Shown: in pieces, positions 39,621 to 53,483 of the stretch | Layout of the letters: each line of letters starts with the position of its first letter | Position numbering within the stretch: the first letter of the stretch is position 1 | From: Paraspadella gotoi | Lineage: Eukaryota; Animalia; Chaetognatha | Length of the DNA stretch: 64,000 nt | Direction: 5' to 3' | NCBI GenBank assembly: GCA_051294375.1 | Contig: CM119268.1 | Coordinates: 15,811,103 to 15,875,102 of the forward strand | Position numbers and translations under genes: made by a program | The notes under the pieces: model-generated | The model's input: the letters and a program-made list of their open reading frames with translations, nothing else | Told to the model about the DNA's origin: nothing | The model's database searches: none

Positions 39621-42310
39621 CGTCATCCCAATTACCTCTATGTTCCGCTGTGTGTTACGGAATCTCTGTTCAAAGACGTCGAAGCATTCCTCCAACTGGT
39701 CGATCCCGTCCATGAGGTGCGCCCGGATGCTGCCCAAGGAAGACCCTTCCGTATTTCCTCGTTGCGCCAGAGAAGGTCCGTCGTCGTCGTCGTCACTATC
39801 GTCGTCGTTAACGTCGCCGTTAAGGACGTTGATGCGATGGTTGAGAGAAAGACCAAGATCGTCGTCGTCATCGTCGTCGTCGTCGTCGTCGTCATCTTCG
39901 AAATCATGGTCGTTCACGCAGCGAGGCAATTGCTGAAACTGTTTCCGCCGAAATGAATCAAGAATTTCGCGCAATTTGGGTGTTACAATTACTATATGTA
40001 GTTTTAAACAAACCTCAATATACATCATATATTTTTCGGTTCGCCATAAAGAAAAAATAAATAATTAAAACTTATTTTCAAAAATCCGCAAAACCCAAAT
40101 TGCTCGCGGAGATTCTATAAACATAGTGGCTTTCGACGGTGTCGTCATCGTCGTCGTCGTCATCCTCGTCGTCCACAAGGTGATGACAATTGCAGAAAGC
40201 GTCGGGCGACGTCGGCGCAGCCAAACCCTGCCTCTGCGTCGACGCTGCTGTCGGCAACGGACGCGGTAGGATTCGAGGCAGGCTCCGCGGTGAAGGCGTC
40301 GAAGGCGACGAAGAAGGAGCTTCGATTGTAAAAAGTCGAAACTAGGATTAGTATTTCTCCATTTGAATGACAACAATTCAAATAAACAAACTATATAGTA
40401 TATACAGCAGCGATGTTCCCAAATGACGTTCACAAAAGACGCTTTACCAACATCGTTGGCCGCGGTCGTCGTCTCCGTCGTCGTCACCGTCGTTGTTGTT
40501 GTCGACGTCGTCGTCGCGTCGCCACCTTCCAACGTCGGCAGAATCATGGGTTCCACTCGACGAGGGACTTGACGATGCGGAGGCGACCACGGCGGCCAGT
40601 GGGGTCGCTCGTATCGCGTGGGTACGGGCAGCGGGCGAACGGACGGAGGACTCCGCTCTTTTTTTTTTAAATTTGGTCAATTTTGCATTAATTATCGGCC
40701 ACGAACAACGGGCTTGTTAGTCTTAACCTCAATCCTGATCATTTACCCGCTGGAACTTCCTCGTTTTCATTCCGCTGACCTCCTCCGCCGCCCCCTTCTC
40801 CCCCTCCGTCTCTCGTCTCGGTCTCCTCAAGCAACGCCCCACTTCCTTCCACCTCAGTCGGCGTCCTCTCCGCCGCTTCTCTACGCAATCGACGAATGGT
40901 TCGAGTCGGCCAAAGCTGAATCGTTCCCAGCTGCGCCAGATTAGCGCCAACCCTGCTACTTCCGCCGCTGCCGCTCCCGCCCCAGCGCATCGGCAGTGGG
41001 CGATGAGGATCCGCTCCGGTCCGCCATCTCGATAGCACGTCGTCGACATCGTCGTCGTCATCGTCTTCGTCGCGGCGAGAGGATCGATGAGGACGGCCCA
41101 GCAGTTGTCGCGGCGAAGAATCCTCAGAGTTGTCCTTCAGGAAGTTTAGATTAAGTAATCATCAAATAAATCATCCAATCATCACCGTAAGCGATTCGAT
41201 CTTGATCGTTAAGGCATTTGAGGCGGGGTAGAAGGGCTCAAGTCAAAGAATTACAACAACGACTCCGAACTCCCCCACCTCCAGCGTCTCTTCAAAGAAA
41301 AAGTCGTCGTCTTCCGGGTTGAGGATCTCCATGAACCCGTTGGACGGCGACGCTCGATGCCGACGACAGGGAAGGCCGATGAAGGGCGACGGCGAGGGCG
41401 ACGAGGACGACGACCGCGCCGGTCCGGTCTCCATGGAAACGGCGTCGAAATTCAACGCGGCGTCGCGACGGCGAAGTCGACGTGTTGGAACCGAGGCGTT
41501 GTCGACGGTGGGCGGCCGCGGAAGACCGGGTGAAGAGGTCTTTACGGAATTGTGAAATTGCCGAATTTTAGGAAGCAACGAGAGATGAAAGAAAGGAGTC
41601 ATGAAACTCGCGTCGTTTATATGACGGAAAGATGAGAGAAACCAATCACAGCCCTCGTGAAGCCTCACAAAGAGTTACAATTCACATTTTTTTCCAGAAA
41701 TCTTTCAATCTCTCTCTTCCCTCTCTCCCCCTCTCTCTCCCCCCTCCTTCCTCAAACGCTCGGTCTCACCTCTTCTGCATCCTCTTCCCCAATCTCCACC
41801 AAGCCCCGACTGTGTCTTCTCCGCTGCATTACTGCCGCCACTCGTACCGCCCCGGTCGCCAAAGAGGCGGCGGTCAAGTTCGCCGCAGCCGCTGTCTCAG
41901 CCGCCGCCGACAAACCTGAGGCTGCCGCTGCGAGTTCTTCGTCGGCCGTTGGTCGCCGCGTCGGCTGCGTCGGCTGCGTCTGGGCCGACCTTCCTATGGA
42001 ACCAAAGCGGCGATCCAGTAGTTGACGAAAGTGTTGACGGAAAGAGGCCCGGAGTGGCTCGTCCGCTTCGTCGCCGCCCTCAGGAACGGGATCCGAAGAA
42101 GATGGCGGGCAGCAACGCGGGCAAAGCTCTTCGGGGACCAAGATGGTGGCGTTAGCGGTGGCGTTGCAGTTGACGGCGAAGTTGGTGGCGCCGAGGTGGG
42201 AATGCGAAGAGTTGGGCGGACGATCGTTTGGGTCTGGAGGATCGTCGCGGGAGGAGAACGTCGACTGAGGTCGCGTGGAGGCGCAGGCGGGTGGACGGGA
42301 GGTCGAGTCT
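38022..42310 (-). CDS. Multi-exon gene for a RING-H2-type E3 ubiquitin ligase-like protein (disordered N-terminus, coiled coil, C-terminal RING)
   Basis: Phase-compatible GT-AG exon chain: ~42310-41770, 41539-41279, 41134-40747, 40657-40448, 40319-40123, 39938-39636, 39441-39112, 39045-38892, 38692-38216, 38146-38022 (TGA). The spliced C-terminus reads PGLPVDVIEALPT...TTCAICLADFKEGAQLTQLPDCGHVFDGQCVRTWLLETGSCPICRKEVAGWP*. The GL..I..LP motif, RING spacing and Trp four residues after ligand 6 match RING-H2 ligases. The 40123/39938 junction and the first listed acceptor are less certain. Confidence 0.85.
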
Positions 42311-42451
42311 CTTAGGACTAGGAAAATGTCAGATTTTCTATTGTAAACTCAAATTATCACTAATTCACTAATCAGCAGAAACTCTAGAGTTTATCGTTCA
42401 CCCACCAGAATCAATAAAATTTATCGCTTTTCTCTCTCTCTTCTCTCTTCT

Positions 42452-42510
<59 letters not shown>

Positions 42511-44089
42511 CATTCACCTGATGATCCTGATTGCGGTTAAGTAGAGAAAGGACGGTGTTCAGGTCCGGCAGAGGTTGGTTGGAATGGAAGCCCTCTCTGT
42601 TTTCCGAAGGGCGTAAAGGGAGTCCTGGGTTATGGTGAGGCGATGAACAGCGGGGGAAGATTTGGCGACCGGACAAATTTCTTTCGGTAGATGGCGCGGG
42701 ACGGTCGGACGTTCGGAGGGCGTGACGGGCGATGGAATTCGACTGGGGGCGTCGGAAGAGGCGGAGCCGAGAACGAAGCCTGGCCGCGTCCAAACGACGA
42801 AGACTCGTCTCTCTGACCGGGCGGATTAGTTGAGAGTTTTGGGCGGGAGAATTGGTAACTATCTTTTCTACGAGGACAATTCTAACGATATAAATATAAA
42901 TATAAAATAGTTATTTTTCACAAATAATACGCGACGAAAAGTGAATCATTGAATGAATAAAAAAAAAAATATTAGACCTTTTGTCAAATCAATTTCATAC
43001 CGCGATCTGATCCGGTCGCCCAAGTCGGATATCGCTGCTTCCACCTCGATTAAACTTTGAAAGACTTGACTTTCATCCCTGGAAACCATTATTCTCTGAA
43101 CATGATTTAAAAAGATTCTTGTTCCGACATTAAATCTGCCCTTTTTTTTGTCCTCCTTGTCTCCTTAATATAATATACTGACAGAATGACTAAGTGTTAA
43201 CCGTTCGACCTCAAGCGTCTCTCTCTAGCGACCTCCTTCACAAGACACCTCAACTCGAACTGATCTTCCTCCAACCGTTGAAGCTGATGTGTGACTTCGG
43301 CCAGCCTCTGATCCAAATCTGAAAAATCTGCCATGAAAAAAAAATGGAAATCGATAAGGAAGAAAATCAAGCAAAGAGAAACTTCTTAGCCGCTTCGTTT
43401 TAAGAGGCTTAGACGGGACGCTGGCCGCGGGGGGATTCGTTGCTCTTTCGATCCGAGGTCGGACGAGTCAAATAATGTTTTCCAAGACTTCAGAAAGTTT
43501 ATGATCCTGTTGTCGCGCCGAAACGTGTAAATCGTTTTTTTTTTAAGCTTTTAATTTAATTACATACTCTTTCACTTTGAATAAATTCTGAATCACCTTG
43601 TCCTTTTTTCCTTCACGTCTTTCACACACAATTTCTTTCTCTGTCTCTGTCTCTCTGTCTCTCTCTCTCTCTGGAAGAACGTGACAGACATTCAACATTG
43701 TTGAGACATTGTTAATCAACACCGAAAAAGTCAAATAGTCCAACTGGCCTGGTCTAAAACGTCGTCCTCACCCAAGACTTTATGAACGAGGACGTCCATT
43801 CGCGACACCCAGCGTCGGACAAAGGCGTCGGGCAAAGCCGCGGGCATCCCGCCTTTTTCCCCTTCGCTCGACCGTGCAGAGGCGGTCCCTCCTCCGACGT
43901 CGTTGCTTTATGTTCTTCATCTCGTCATAAATATTTATGTCGCTAGAAAATAGAGAACGGACGGGCGGGCAGGCGGGCAGGCGGGCAGTCGGGCAGGCAC
44001 CGGCGCCTGCGCCTTGTGTGTGCGAGCTCGCCTCGCGCTACGGTCATTCCAACGGTCATTTTTACTATTTTTTCATTCAAGCTCTCTCC

Positions 44090-44182
<93 letters not shown>

Positions 44183-44691
44183 TGAATAAAAAATTATTGC
44201 GGCCAATACTTCAACTCAAGAGAGGGAGAAAGTAGCCATTATGCGGAGAGAAAGGGAAGGCTGTCCGAGTTATGGTAGAGGGACATAACTATAACCGCAT
44301 AAAAAACGCTTCACAATTCGAAAACGATTTTTCTTTCTTTGCCTCCGCGGCGCTAGGATCGCCCCTTCGTCTCGCCGTCGCCGTCGGTATCGTCGTCTAT
44401 CGTCGTTTCGGATCGTCGTCCCTGTCATTGATTGCCAATGCCACTCCAGTACCTCTTGGCCATTGCTGGTCGACTTTGACTTTACAGTTTGTCACTACTG
44501 TTGCTATTGTTTTCATCACCAATGATTTTATTATCTTTCACAGAATACAGTTCCTTTTACTAAAGTAGTATCTTCATCTCTGTCGCTGATACCAGTACAT
44601 TGTTGTCAGTATTAATGCTTATCGTTACTGTCACAACGTGTCTACAGTTGCCTTTGCCGTTGGTTCTCGTCAAGTTTTGTAAGTTGTCGTC

Positions 44692-44722
<31 letters not shown>

Positions 44723-45293
44723 TTTCTTCGTAGCCGCCGCCGACTCATCACAAAGCTTAGTTATCGCTTCTGGTCTTAACTCTTAAGCACTCGAAAAGGT
44801 TTCAAATGCCTTTGGCGAAGTGATATTGGGGAAAAGATAAATACGAACTGAGATTTGTAAAAGATAATCACTCATTTAGGTAAATTTCTAGCTCCGTTTT
44901 TCAGAATTATCCAACACGCAATCTCAATATTTTTATTTCCTCCTAGTGTGGAACGTCGTATTTTGTTCAAGTCCCTCCCTTCCTTTTAATTGAGTTGAAT
45001 TCGTTCCATAATTTATTGATGTTCGGCTCTCACTCTTTCTCTCTCTCCTTCAGTTTCTCCGTCTCTCTCTCTCACTCTCCCGTTTTCATCGCTTTCCTCT
45101 CCCTTCCTTGAATTAACTGACCACCGGTTCTTTATTTACCTCCAGCTTCGCGGAGAGCCATCTCCCGCTCCCCCCCCTACGAATCCCCACTTTCGAGAAT
45201 CCCGCGTCACGCCTTCAAAGCCCGGAGATGGAAATGGGGGAAAAAAGAGAGTTCCCCCTAAATTTTCAAAAGCAGGCGTCTGTGATGTCACCG

Positions 45294-45378
<85 letters not shown>

Positions 45379-46132
45379 TCTCTTTCTCTCTCCAGAAAGC
45401 GATAATTCCATTCTCTGATCTGTCCATGAAATCAATGGAACAATGACCATTGGGAACGAAAAAAAAAGGGAAAAGGGGCGGCTTTTGCCAGCTAAACATG
45501 TGGTCAATCCTTAGCTCGAGCGAAAGATAAAATCTCCCGCGAAATATTTATTGAAACTAATAAATATTTAATAATTAGGAAAAAAAACGAAATTCGTTAC
45601 CTGAATACGATTTGAGGCACCTGTCTTTAGCGTTTTCATTTTACTGTCTCAGGTTTGGATTGTTTTATCGATAAAGGAAAAATAGTTTTTTCCACAATGA
45701 GGTTTTCAGTCGCAAAGTCGCTTTTTAATAATGTGATTCAAAATAATTGACTCAGTAGTTGAATTCGACTTTCAACTATGTTAGACAATTGGACAATAAA
45801 GGTGTCCAATCATGTTAAGCTTTAACGAGATGCAATAATGGAATCATCATGGAACCATACTTGGCACTTTCCTTGCCAGAAGGAACAAATCTCCTTAAGT
45901 TCAGAACCTTTAAGCATCGATTCTTTCTATTCTTTGTATTTGTTTGTATCTTAAATTAAAAGTTACATAGCTATTACCTTCACGATGATATGTACTTATA
46001 ATTTTGGCCACACTGACCTTTTAACCCCGATAAGAATATGAAAACTTTTGAGATAAGAAGTGATATATTGTTATCAACACCGATGTTAACTGCAACAATA
46101 TCAAAGCAAAGGGTGATGAGGGTGACAAAAAT

Positions 46133-46195
<63 letters not shown>

Positions 46196-47086
46196 CGAAA
46201 GACGAGAAAGAGCGGGTCAAATGAATTTTGCATAAAAAACACAAGTCAACAATAGGGGGAAAAAAATCAGTGAAATTTGAAGAGATTATGCCATTTTTAA
46301 TAATTAATAAAAAATAAGTCAGGATCTAAACAACGATTTCGGTATTATGCTACTTCATCTGACATCTAGGAATTATTAGTAAACTTTCGAGTATCCTTGG
46401 CATAAGAAGGAAATAATTTGGTATCTATCTTGAATAATCTCTAGCAATAACAAGATAAATAAAACACAATAAATACGAAAAACGGTCGAAATGCATTATG
46501 AGTAAAACAAAGTATTAAAGAGAAAAAAAAACTTGATCAACTAAACTCTCTAAAACCTACTAGAGTTAAAGAATAATAACAAAATAATGAGTAAAAACAA
46601 CGATAATAGGCTCTGAATCAGATTGTCCAACGGAGGCTAAAACGAAAGAATTAGTTCAAAGAAAAAGACCAAAAAAAAAAAAAAAAATTAAAACAAAAAA
46701 GATGATTCACTTTGAGTTTCATTTGCGCTACAATTATTTCACAAAACTTTTTTTTTATAAATGATTTACAATGTTTTCACGAGTTTCGGGGAATATTTTT
46801 TTTTTAATTTTCGGAGAGAGGGAGGGAAAATGGGTTTGGGATCGGGAGGAGGAATAAAAAGCTTATCCCTCGTGGGAAGTAAGAGAATTCTTTATATCTG
46901 TACCGTAGTATTTTTTTTTCTATAACTTAAAATGTATCGGGTGCACCAAGGAATGGACATAAAACATGATTACTGTACTAAATTATGGCACGATTTTTAT
47001 AAGAAAAGAAAGAAGCCGAGAAGATCCAGGGATAATTAAAAATATTCAATGATAGATGAAACTTTAAAGAAGGGGAAAGGAAAAAG
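41202..47086 (+). repeat. Copy 1 of a ~5.9 kb direct duplication
   Basis: Collinear with 47129-53016. Ends AGGGGAAAGGAAAAAG immediately before the 25-N gap at 47087-47111. Confidence 0.95.
42518..43920 (-). CDS. Probable upstream exons of the RING gene (or of an adjacent gene)
   Basis: Exon-like blocks with splice signals: ~43920-43772 (MKNIKQRRRRG...RRWVSRMDVLVHKVLG|GTGAGG), ~43507-43392 (IINFLKSWKTLFDSS...), ~43318-43202 (DLDQRLAEVTHQLQRLEEDQFELRCLVKEVARE, coiled-coil-like), ~43081-43000 (DESQVFQSLIEVEAAISDLGDRIRSR|GTATGA), ~42812-42518 (..NQDHQ|GTGAAT). The phase of the link to the next exon is unresolved. Confidence 0.55.
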
Positions 47087-47128
47087 NNNNNNNNNNNNNN
47101 NNNNNNNNNNNAGAAGAGAGAGAGATAA

Positions 47129-50024
47129 TTGATGCGTTTTAGGCTATTGAGGCGGCGTAAGAAAGGGCTATCAAAGAATTACAGACACAGCATCACTGAC
47201 ATCCCCCACCTCCGCAGACGTCTCTTCAGCAAAGTAGTGATATATAGGGCGTATGAGGATATTACCATCGAGACACGTCTGTGACGGCGAGACGCTCAGA
47301 GTGAGGAGACGACGGGAAGGCCCAGATGAAGGGCGACGGGCGAGGACGCGACATTTTGGACGACCGCGCCGGTCCGGTCTCCATGGAACGGCGTCGAAAT
47401 TCAACGCGCTCGCGACGGGCCGTACGACGTGTTGGAACCCGAGGCGTTGTCGACGGTGGGCGCCGCGGAAGACCGGGTGAAGAGGTCTTTACGGAATTGT
47501 GAAATTGCCGAATTTTAGGAAGCAACGAGAGATAGAGCAGAAAGATCATGAATCCCGCGTCGTTTATATGACGGAAAGATGAGAGAAACCAATCACAGCC
47601 TCGTGAAGCCTCACAAAGAGTTACAATTCACTTTTTTTCCAGAAATCTTTCAATCTCTCTCTTCCCTCTCTCCCCCTCTCTCTCCCCCATTCCTCAAACG
47701 CTCGGTCTCACCGTCTTCTGCATCCTCTCCCCAATCTCCACCAAGCCCCGACTGGTCCTTCTGCTGCATTACTGCCGCCACTCTCGTACCGCCCCGGTCG
47801 CCAAAGAGGCGGGGTCAAGTTCGCCGCAGCCGCTGTCCTCAGCCGCCGCGCCAGACATGGGCGTAGTTCTTGCTTGCGTGTATCGTTCTGGTCGCCGCGT
47901 CGGCCTGCGTCGGCTGCGTCTGGGCCGACCTTCCTATGGAACCAAAGCGGCGACCAGTAGTTGACAGAAAGTGTTGACGGAGGCGCCGGGAGTGGCTCGT
48001 ACGCTTCGTCGCCGCCTCAGGAACGGATCCGAAGAAGATGGCGGCAGCAACGCGGGCAAGAGGTTTGGAGACTGGTGGCGTTAGCGGTGGCGGTTGCAGT
48101 TGACGGGATTGGTGGGCGCCGAGGTGGAATGCGAAGAGTTGGGCGACGATCGTTTGGGTCTGGAGGATCGTCGCGGGAGGAGAACGTCGACTGAGGTCGA
48201 GTGGAGCGCAGGCGGTGGACGGGAGGTCGAGTCTCTTAAGGACTAGGAAAATGTCAGAATTTCTATTGTAAACTCAAATTAATTCACTAATTCAGCAGAA
48301 ACTCTAGAGTTTATCGTTCACATCCACCAGAATCAATAAAAATTTATCGCTTTTCCTCTCTCTCTCTGCTCTCTCTCTCATCCTCCTTCTCTCTCTCTCT
48401 CTCTCCTCTTCTCTCTTCTCTCTTCATTCCACTCTCTCTCCATTCACGCTGATGATCTGAATTGCGGTTAAGTAGAGAAAGGACGGTGTTCAAGTCCGGC
48501 AGAGGTTGGTTGGAATGGAAGCCCTCTCTGTTTTCCGAAGGGCGTAAAGGGAGTCCTGGGTTATGGTGAGGCGAATGAACAGCGGGGGAAATTTGGCGAC
48601 AGGAACAAATTTCTTTCGGTAGATGGCGCGCGACAGGTCGGACCGTTCGGAGGGCGTGACGGGCGATGGAATTCGACTGGGGCGTCGGAAGAGCGGAGCC
48701 GAGGAAGGCCTGGCGCGTCCAAACGACGAAGACTCGTCTCTCTGACGGGCGATTAGTTGAGAGTTTTGGGCGGGAGATTTGGTTAACTTTTCTACGAGGA
48801 CAATTCTAACGATATAAATATAATATAAAATAGTTATTTTCACAAATAATAGCGACGAAAAGTGATCATTGAATGAATAAAAAAAAAATATTAGACCTTT
48901 GTCAAATCAATTTCATACGGATCTGATCCGGTCGCCCAAGATAGTTTGCTGCTTCCACCTCGATTAAACTTTGAAAGACTTGACTTTCATCCCTGGAAAC
49001 CATATTCTCTGAACATGATTTAGATTATTAGTTTTCCGAGACTTAAATCTGCCTTTTTTTGTCCTCCTGTCTCATTAATATAATATAGCTGACAGAATGA
49101 CTAAGTGTTAACCGTTGACACTCAAGCGTCTTCTCTGCATAGGACCTCCTTCACAAGACCCCTCAACTCGAACTGATCTTCCTCCAACCGTGTGAAGCTG
49201 ATGTGTGACTTCGGCCAGCCTCTGATCCAATCTGAAAAATCTGCCATGAAAAAAAATGGAAATCGATAGGAACAATCAAGCAAAGAGAAACTTCTTAGCC
49301 GCTTCGTTTTAAGAGCTAGAGGGACCGCTGGCCGCGGGGGATTCGTTGCTCTTTTCGATCCGAGGTCGGACGAGTCAAATAATGTTTTTCCAAGACTTCA
49401 AAGTTTATGATCCTGTTGTCGCGCCGAAACGTGTAAATCGTTTTTTTTTAAGCTTTTAATTTAATTACATACTCTTTCACTTTGAATAAATTCTGAATCA
49501 CCCTTGTCTTTTTTCCTTCACGTCTTTCACACACAATTCTTTCTCTGTCTCTGTCTCCTCTGTCTTCTCTCTCTCTGGAAGATGACAGACTCATTCACAT
49601 TTGTTGAGTACATTGTTTAATATCAACCCGAAAAAGTCAAATAGTCCACTGGCCGTCTGTTCGGTCCTCACCCAAGACTTTATGAACGAGGACGTCCATT
49701 CGCGACACCTCTAGCGTCGGACAGGCGTCGGCAAAGCCCGCGGGCATCCTCCGGCCTTTTTCCCCTTCCGTGGGTCGAGCGCCGGAGTCTCCCTCCGACG
49801 TCGTTGCTTTATGCTTCTTCATCTCGTCATAAATATTATTATGTCGCTAGAAAATAGAGAACGGACGGGCGGGCAGGCGGGCACGCGGCAGTCGGGCAGG
49901 CACGCGGCGCTGCGCCTTGTGTGTGCGAGCTCGCTCGCGCTACGGTCATTCCAACGGTCATTTTTACTATTTTTTCATTCAAGCTCTCTCCGTCTCTCTC
50001 TTCTCCTCTTTTTCTTCCTTCTCT

Positions 50025-50088
<64 letters not shown>

Positions 50089-51214
50089 TCTCCTTGAATA
50101 AAAAATTATGCGGCCAATACTTCAACTCAGAGAGGGAGAAAGTAGCCATTATTGCGGAGAGAAAGGGAAGGCTGTCCGAGTTATGGTAGAGGGACATAAC
50201 TATAACGCATAAAAAACGCTTCACAATCGAAAACGATTTTCTTTCTTTGCCTCGCGGCGCTAGGATCGCCCCTTCGTCTCGCCGTCGCCGGTCGGTATCG
50301 TCGTCTATCGTCGTTTCGGATCGTCGTCCCTGTCATTGCATATTGCCAACCACTCCATACTATGGCCATTGCTGGTCGACTTTGACTTTACAGTTTGTCA
50401 CTACTGTTGCTATTGTTTTCATCACAATGATTTTATATTCTTTCACAGAATACAGTTCCTTTTTACTAAAGTAGTATCTTCATCTCTGTCGCTGATACAG
50501 TACATTGTTGTCAGTATTAATGCTTATCGTTACTGTCACAACGTGTCTACAGTTGCCTTTGCCGTTGGTTCTCGTCAAGTTTTGTAAGTTGTCGTCAACC
50601 GTCGCTGCGGTCGTCGTCGTCGTCGTCGACGTCGTCGTCTCTTCTTCGTAGCCGCCGCCGACTCATCACAAAGCTTAGTTATCGCTTCTGGTCATAACTC
50701 TTAAGCACTCGAAAAGGTTTCGAATGCCTTTGGCGAAGTGATATTGGGGAAACGATAAATACGCACTGAGATTTGTAAAAGATAATCACTCATTTAGGTA
50801 AATTTCTAGCTCCGTTTCAGAATTATCCAACAACGCAATCTCAATATTTTATTTCCTCCTAGTGTGGAACGTCGTATTTTGTTCAAGTCCCTCCCTTCCT
50901 TTTAATTGAGTTGAATTCGTTCCATAATTTATTGATGTTCGGCTCTCACTCTTTCTCTCTCTCCTTCAGTTTCTCCGTCTCTCTCTCTCACTCTCCCGTT
51001 TTCATCGCTTTCCTCTCCCTTCCTTGAATTAACTGACCACCGGTTCTTTATTTACCTCCAGCTTCGCGGAGAGCCATCTCGTCCCTCCCCCCCTACGAAT
51101 CCTCCCACTTTCGCAGAATCCCCGGTCACGCCTTTCAAAGCCCGGAGATGGAAATGGGGGAAAAAGAGGAGTTCCCCCTAAATTTTCAAAAGCAGGCGTC
51201 TGTGATGTCCACCG

Positions 51215-51300
<86 letters not shown>

Positions 51301-52049
51301 TCTCTTTCTCTCTCCAGAAGCGATAATTCCATTCTCTGATCTGTCCATGAATCATGGAACAATGACCATTGGGAACGAAAAAAAAAGGGAAAAGGGGCGG
51401 CTTTTGCCAGCTAAACATGTGTCAATCCTTAGCTCGAGCGAAAGATAAAATCTCCCGCGAAATATTATTGAAAACTAATAATATTTAATAATTAGGAAAA
51501 AAACGAAATTCGTTACCTGAATACGATTTGAGGCCACCTGTCTTTAGCGTTTTCATTTTTCTGTCTCAGGTTTGGATTGTTTTATCGATAAAGGAAAAAT
51601 AGTTTTTTCCACAATGAGGTTTTCAGTCGCAAAGTCGCTTTTAATAATGTGATTCAAAATAATTGACTCAGTAGTTGAATTCGACTTTCAACTATGTTAG
51701 ACAATTGGACAATAAAGGTGTCCAATCATGTTAAGCTTTAACGAGATGCAATAATGGAATCATCATGGAACCATACTTGGCACTTTCCTTGCCAGAAGGA
51801 ACAAAATCTCCTAAGTTCAGAACCTTTAAGCATCGATTCTTTCTATTCTTTGTATTTGTTTGTATCTTAAATTAAAAGTTACATAGCTATTACCTTCACG
51901 ATGATATCTACTTATAATTTTGGCCACACTGACCTTTTAACCCCGATAAGAATATGAAAACTTTTGAGATAAGAAGTGATATATTGTTATCAACACCGAT
52001 GTTAACTGCAACAATATCAAGAGCAAAGGGTGATGAGGGTGACAAAAAT

Positions 52050-52131
<82 letters not shown>

Positions 52132-53016
52132 TTCGAAAGACGAGAAAGAGCGGGTCAAATGAATTTTGCATAAAAAAACACAAGTCACAATAGGGGGAAA
52201 AAAATCAGTGAAATTTGAAGAGATTATGCCATTTTTAATAATTAATAAAAATAAGTCAGGATCTAAACAACGATTTCGGTATTATGCTACTTCATCTGAC
52301 ATCTAGGAATTATTAGTAACTTTCGAGTATCCTTGGCATAAGAAGGAAATAATTTGGTATCTATCTTGAATAATCTCTAGCAATAACAAGATAAATAAAA
52401 CACAATAAATACGAAAAACGGTCGAAATGCATTATGAGTAAAACAAAGTATTAAAGAGAAAAAAAACTTGATCAAAAACTCTCTAAAACCTACTAGAGTT
52501 AAAGGAATAATAACAAAATAATGAGTAAAAAACAACGATAATAGGCTCTGAATCAGATTGTCCAACGGAGGCTAAAACGAAAGAATTAGTTCAAAGAAAA
52601 AGACCAAAAAAAAAAAAAAAATTAAACAAAAAAGATGATTCACTTTGAGTTTCATTTGCGCTACAATTATTTCACAAAACTTTTTTTTATAAATGATTTA
52701 CATGTTTTCACGAGTTTCGGGAATATTTTTTTTTTAATTTTCGGAGAGAGGGAGGAAAAATGGGTTTGGGATCGGGAGGAGGAATAAAAAGCTTATCCTC
52801 GTGGGAAGTAAGAGAATTCTTTATATCTGTACCGTAGTATTTTTTTTTTTTATAACTTAAAATGTATCGGGTGCACCAAGGAATGGACATAAAACATGAT
52901 TACTGTACTAAATTATGGCACGATTTTTATAAGAAAAGAAAGAAGCCGAGAAGATCCAGGGATAATTAAAAATATTCAATGATAGATGAAACTTTAAAGA
53001 AGGGGAAAGGAAAAAG
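47129..53016 (+). repeat. Copy 2 of the duplication, containing frameshifted duplicates of the RING gene 5' exons; probable assembly artefact
   Basis: Indel density is highest next to the gap and falls toward 53 kb. Exon frames that are intact in copy 1 are broken here. Confidence 0.9.
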
Positions 53017-53032
53017 AAGAGACAATGAAAGA

Positions 53033-53130
<98 letters not shown>

Positions 53131-53404
53131 TACAGAAAGACTAAAGATCACAGTTGGGCTTAAGTATTTCTGAATGTGCGACGTCTTATATCAACTTATA
53201 TTTCTTTTTTAAAAAAAGACGAAAACGAGAACCAAGTTCGGCCCAAATTTAAAGAATCGCGCTTCGGCCGGAGAGAGCGAGAGAGAGAGAGAGGGCGAGA
53301 GAGTCGGGAGAGTGAGAGACAATTCGGGTTTTTTTGAAAATTATCCCATCGATGAACTGACGAAAGCGATGATAAGCGAAAGTAAAATGCATGCAGATGA
53401 AATG

Positions 53405-53483
<79 letters not shown>

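Noticed and set aside
37908-39936. Plus-strand ORFs of 158-262 aa
   Set aside because: Antisense shadows of the GC-rich minus-strand RING gene exons; splice signals and the domain support the minus strand.
47129-50650. RING-gene paralog or pseudogene
   Set aside because: Differences are long-read-type indels graded from a 25-N gap; better explained as an assembly duplicate.
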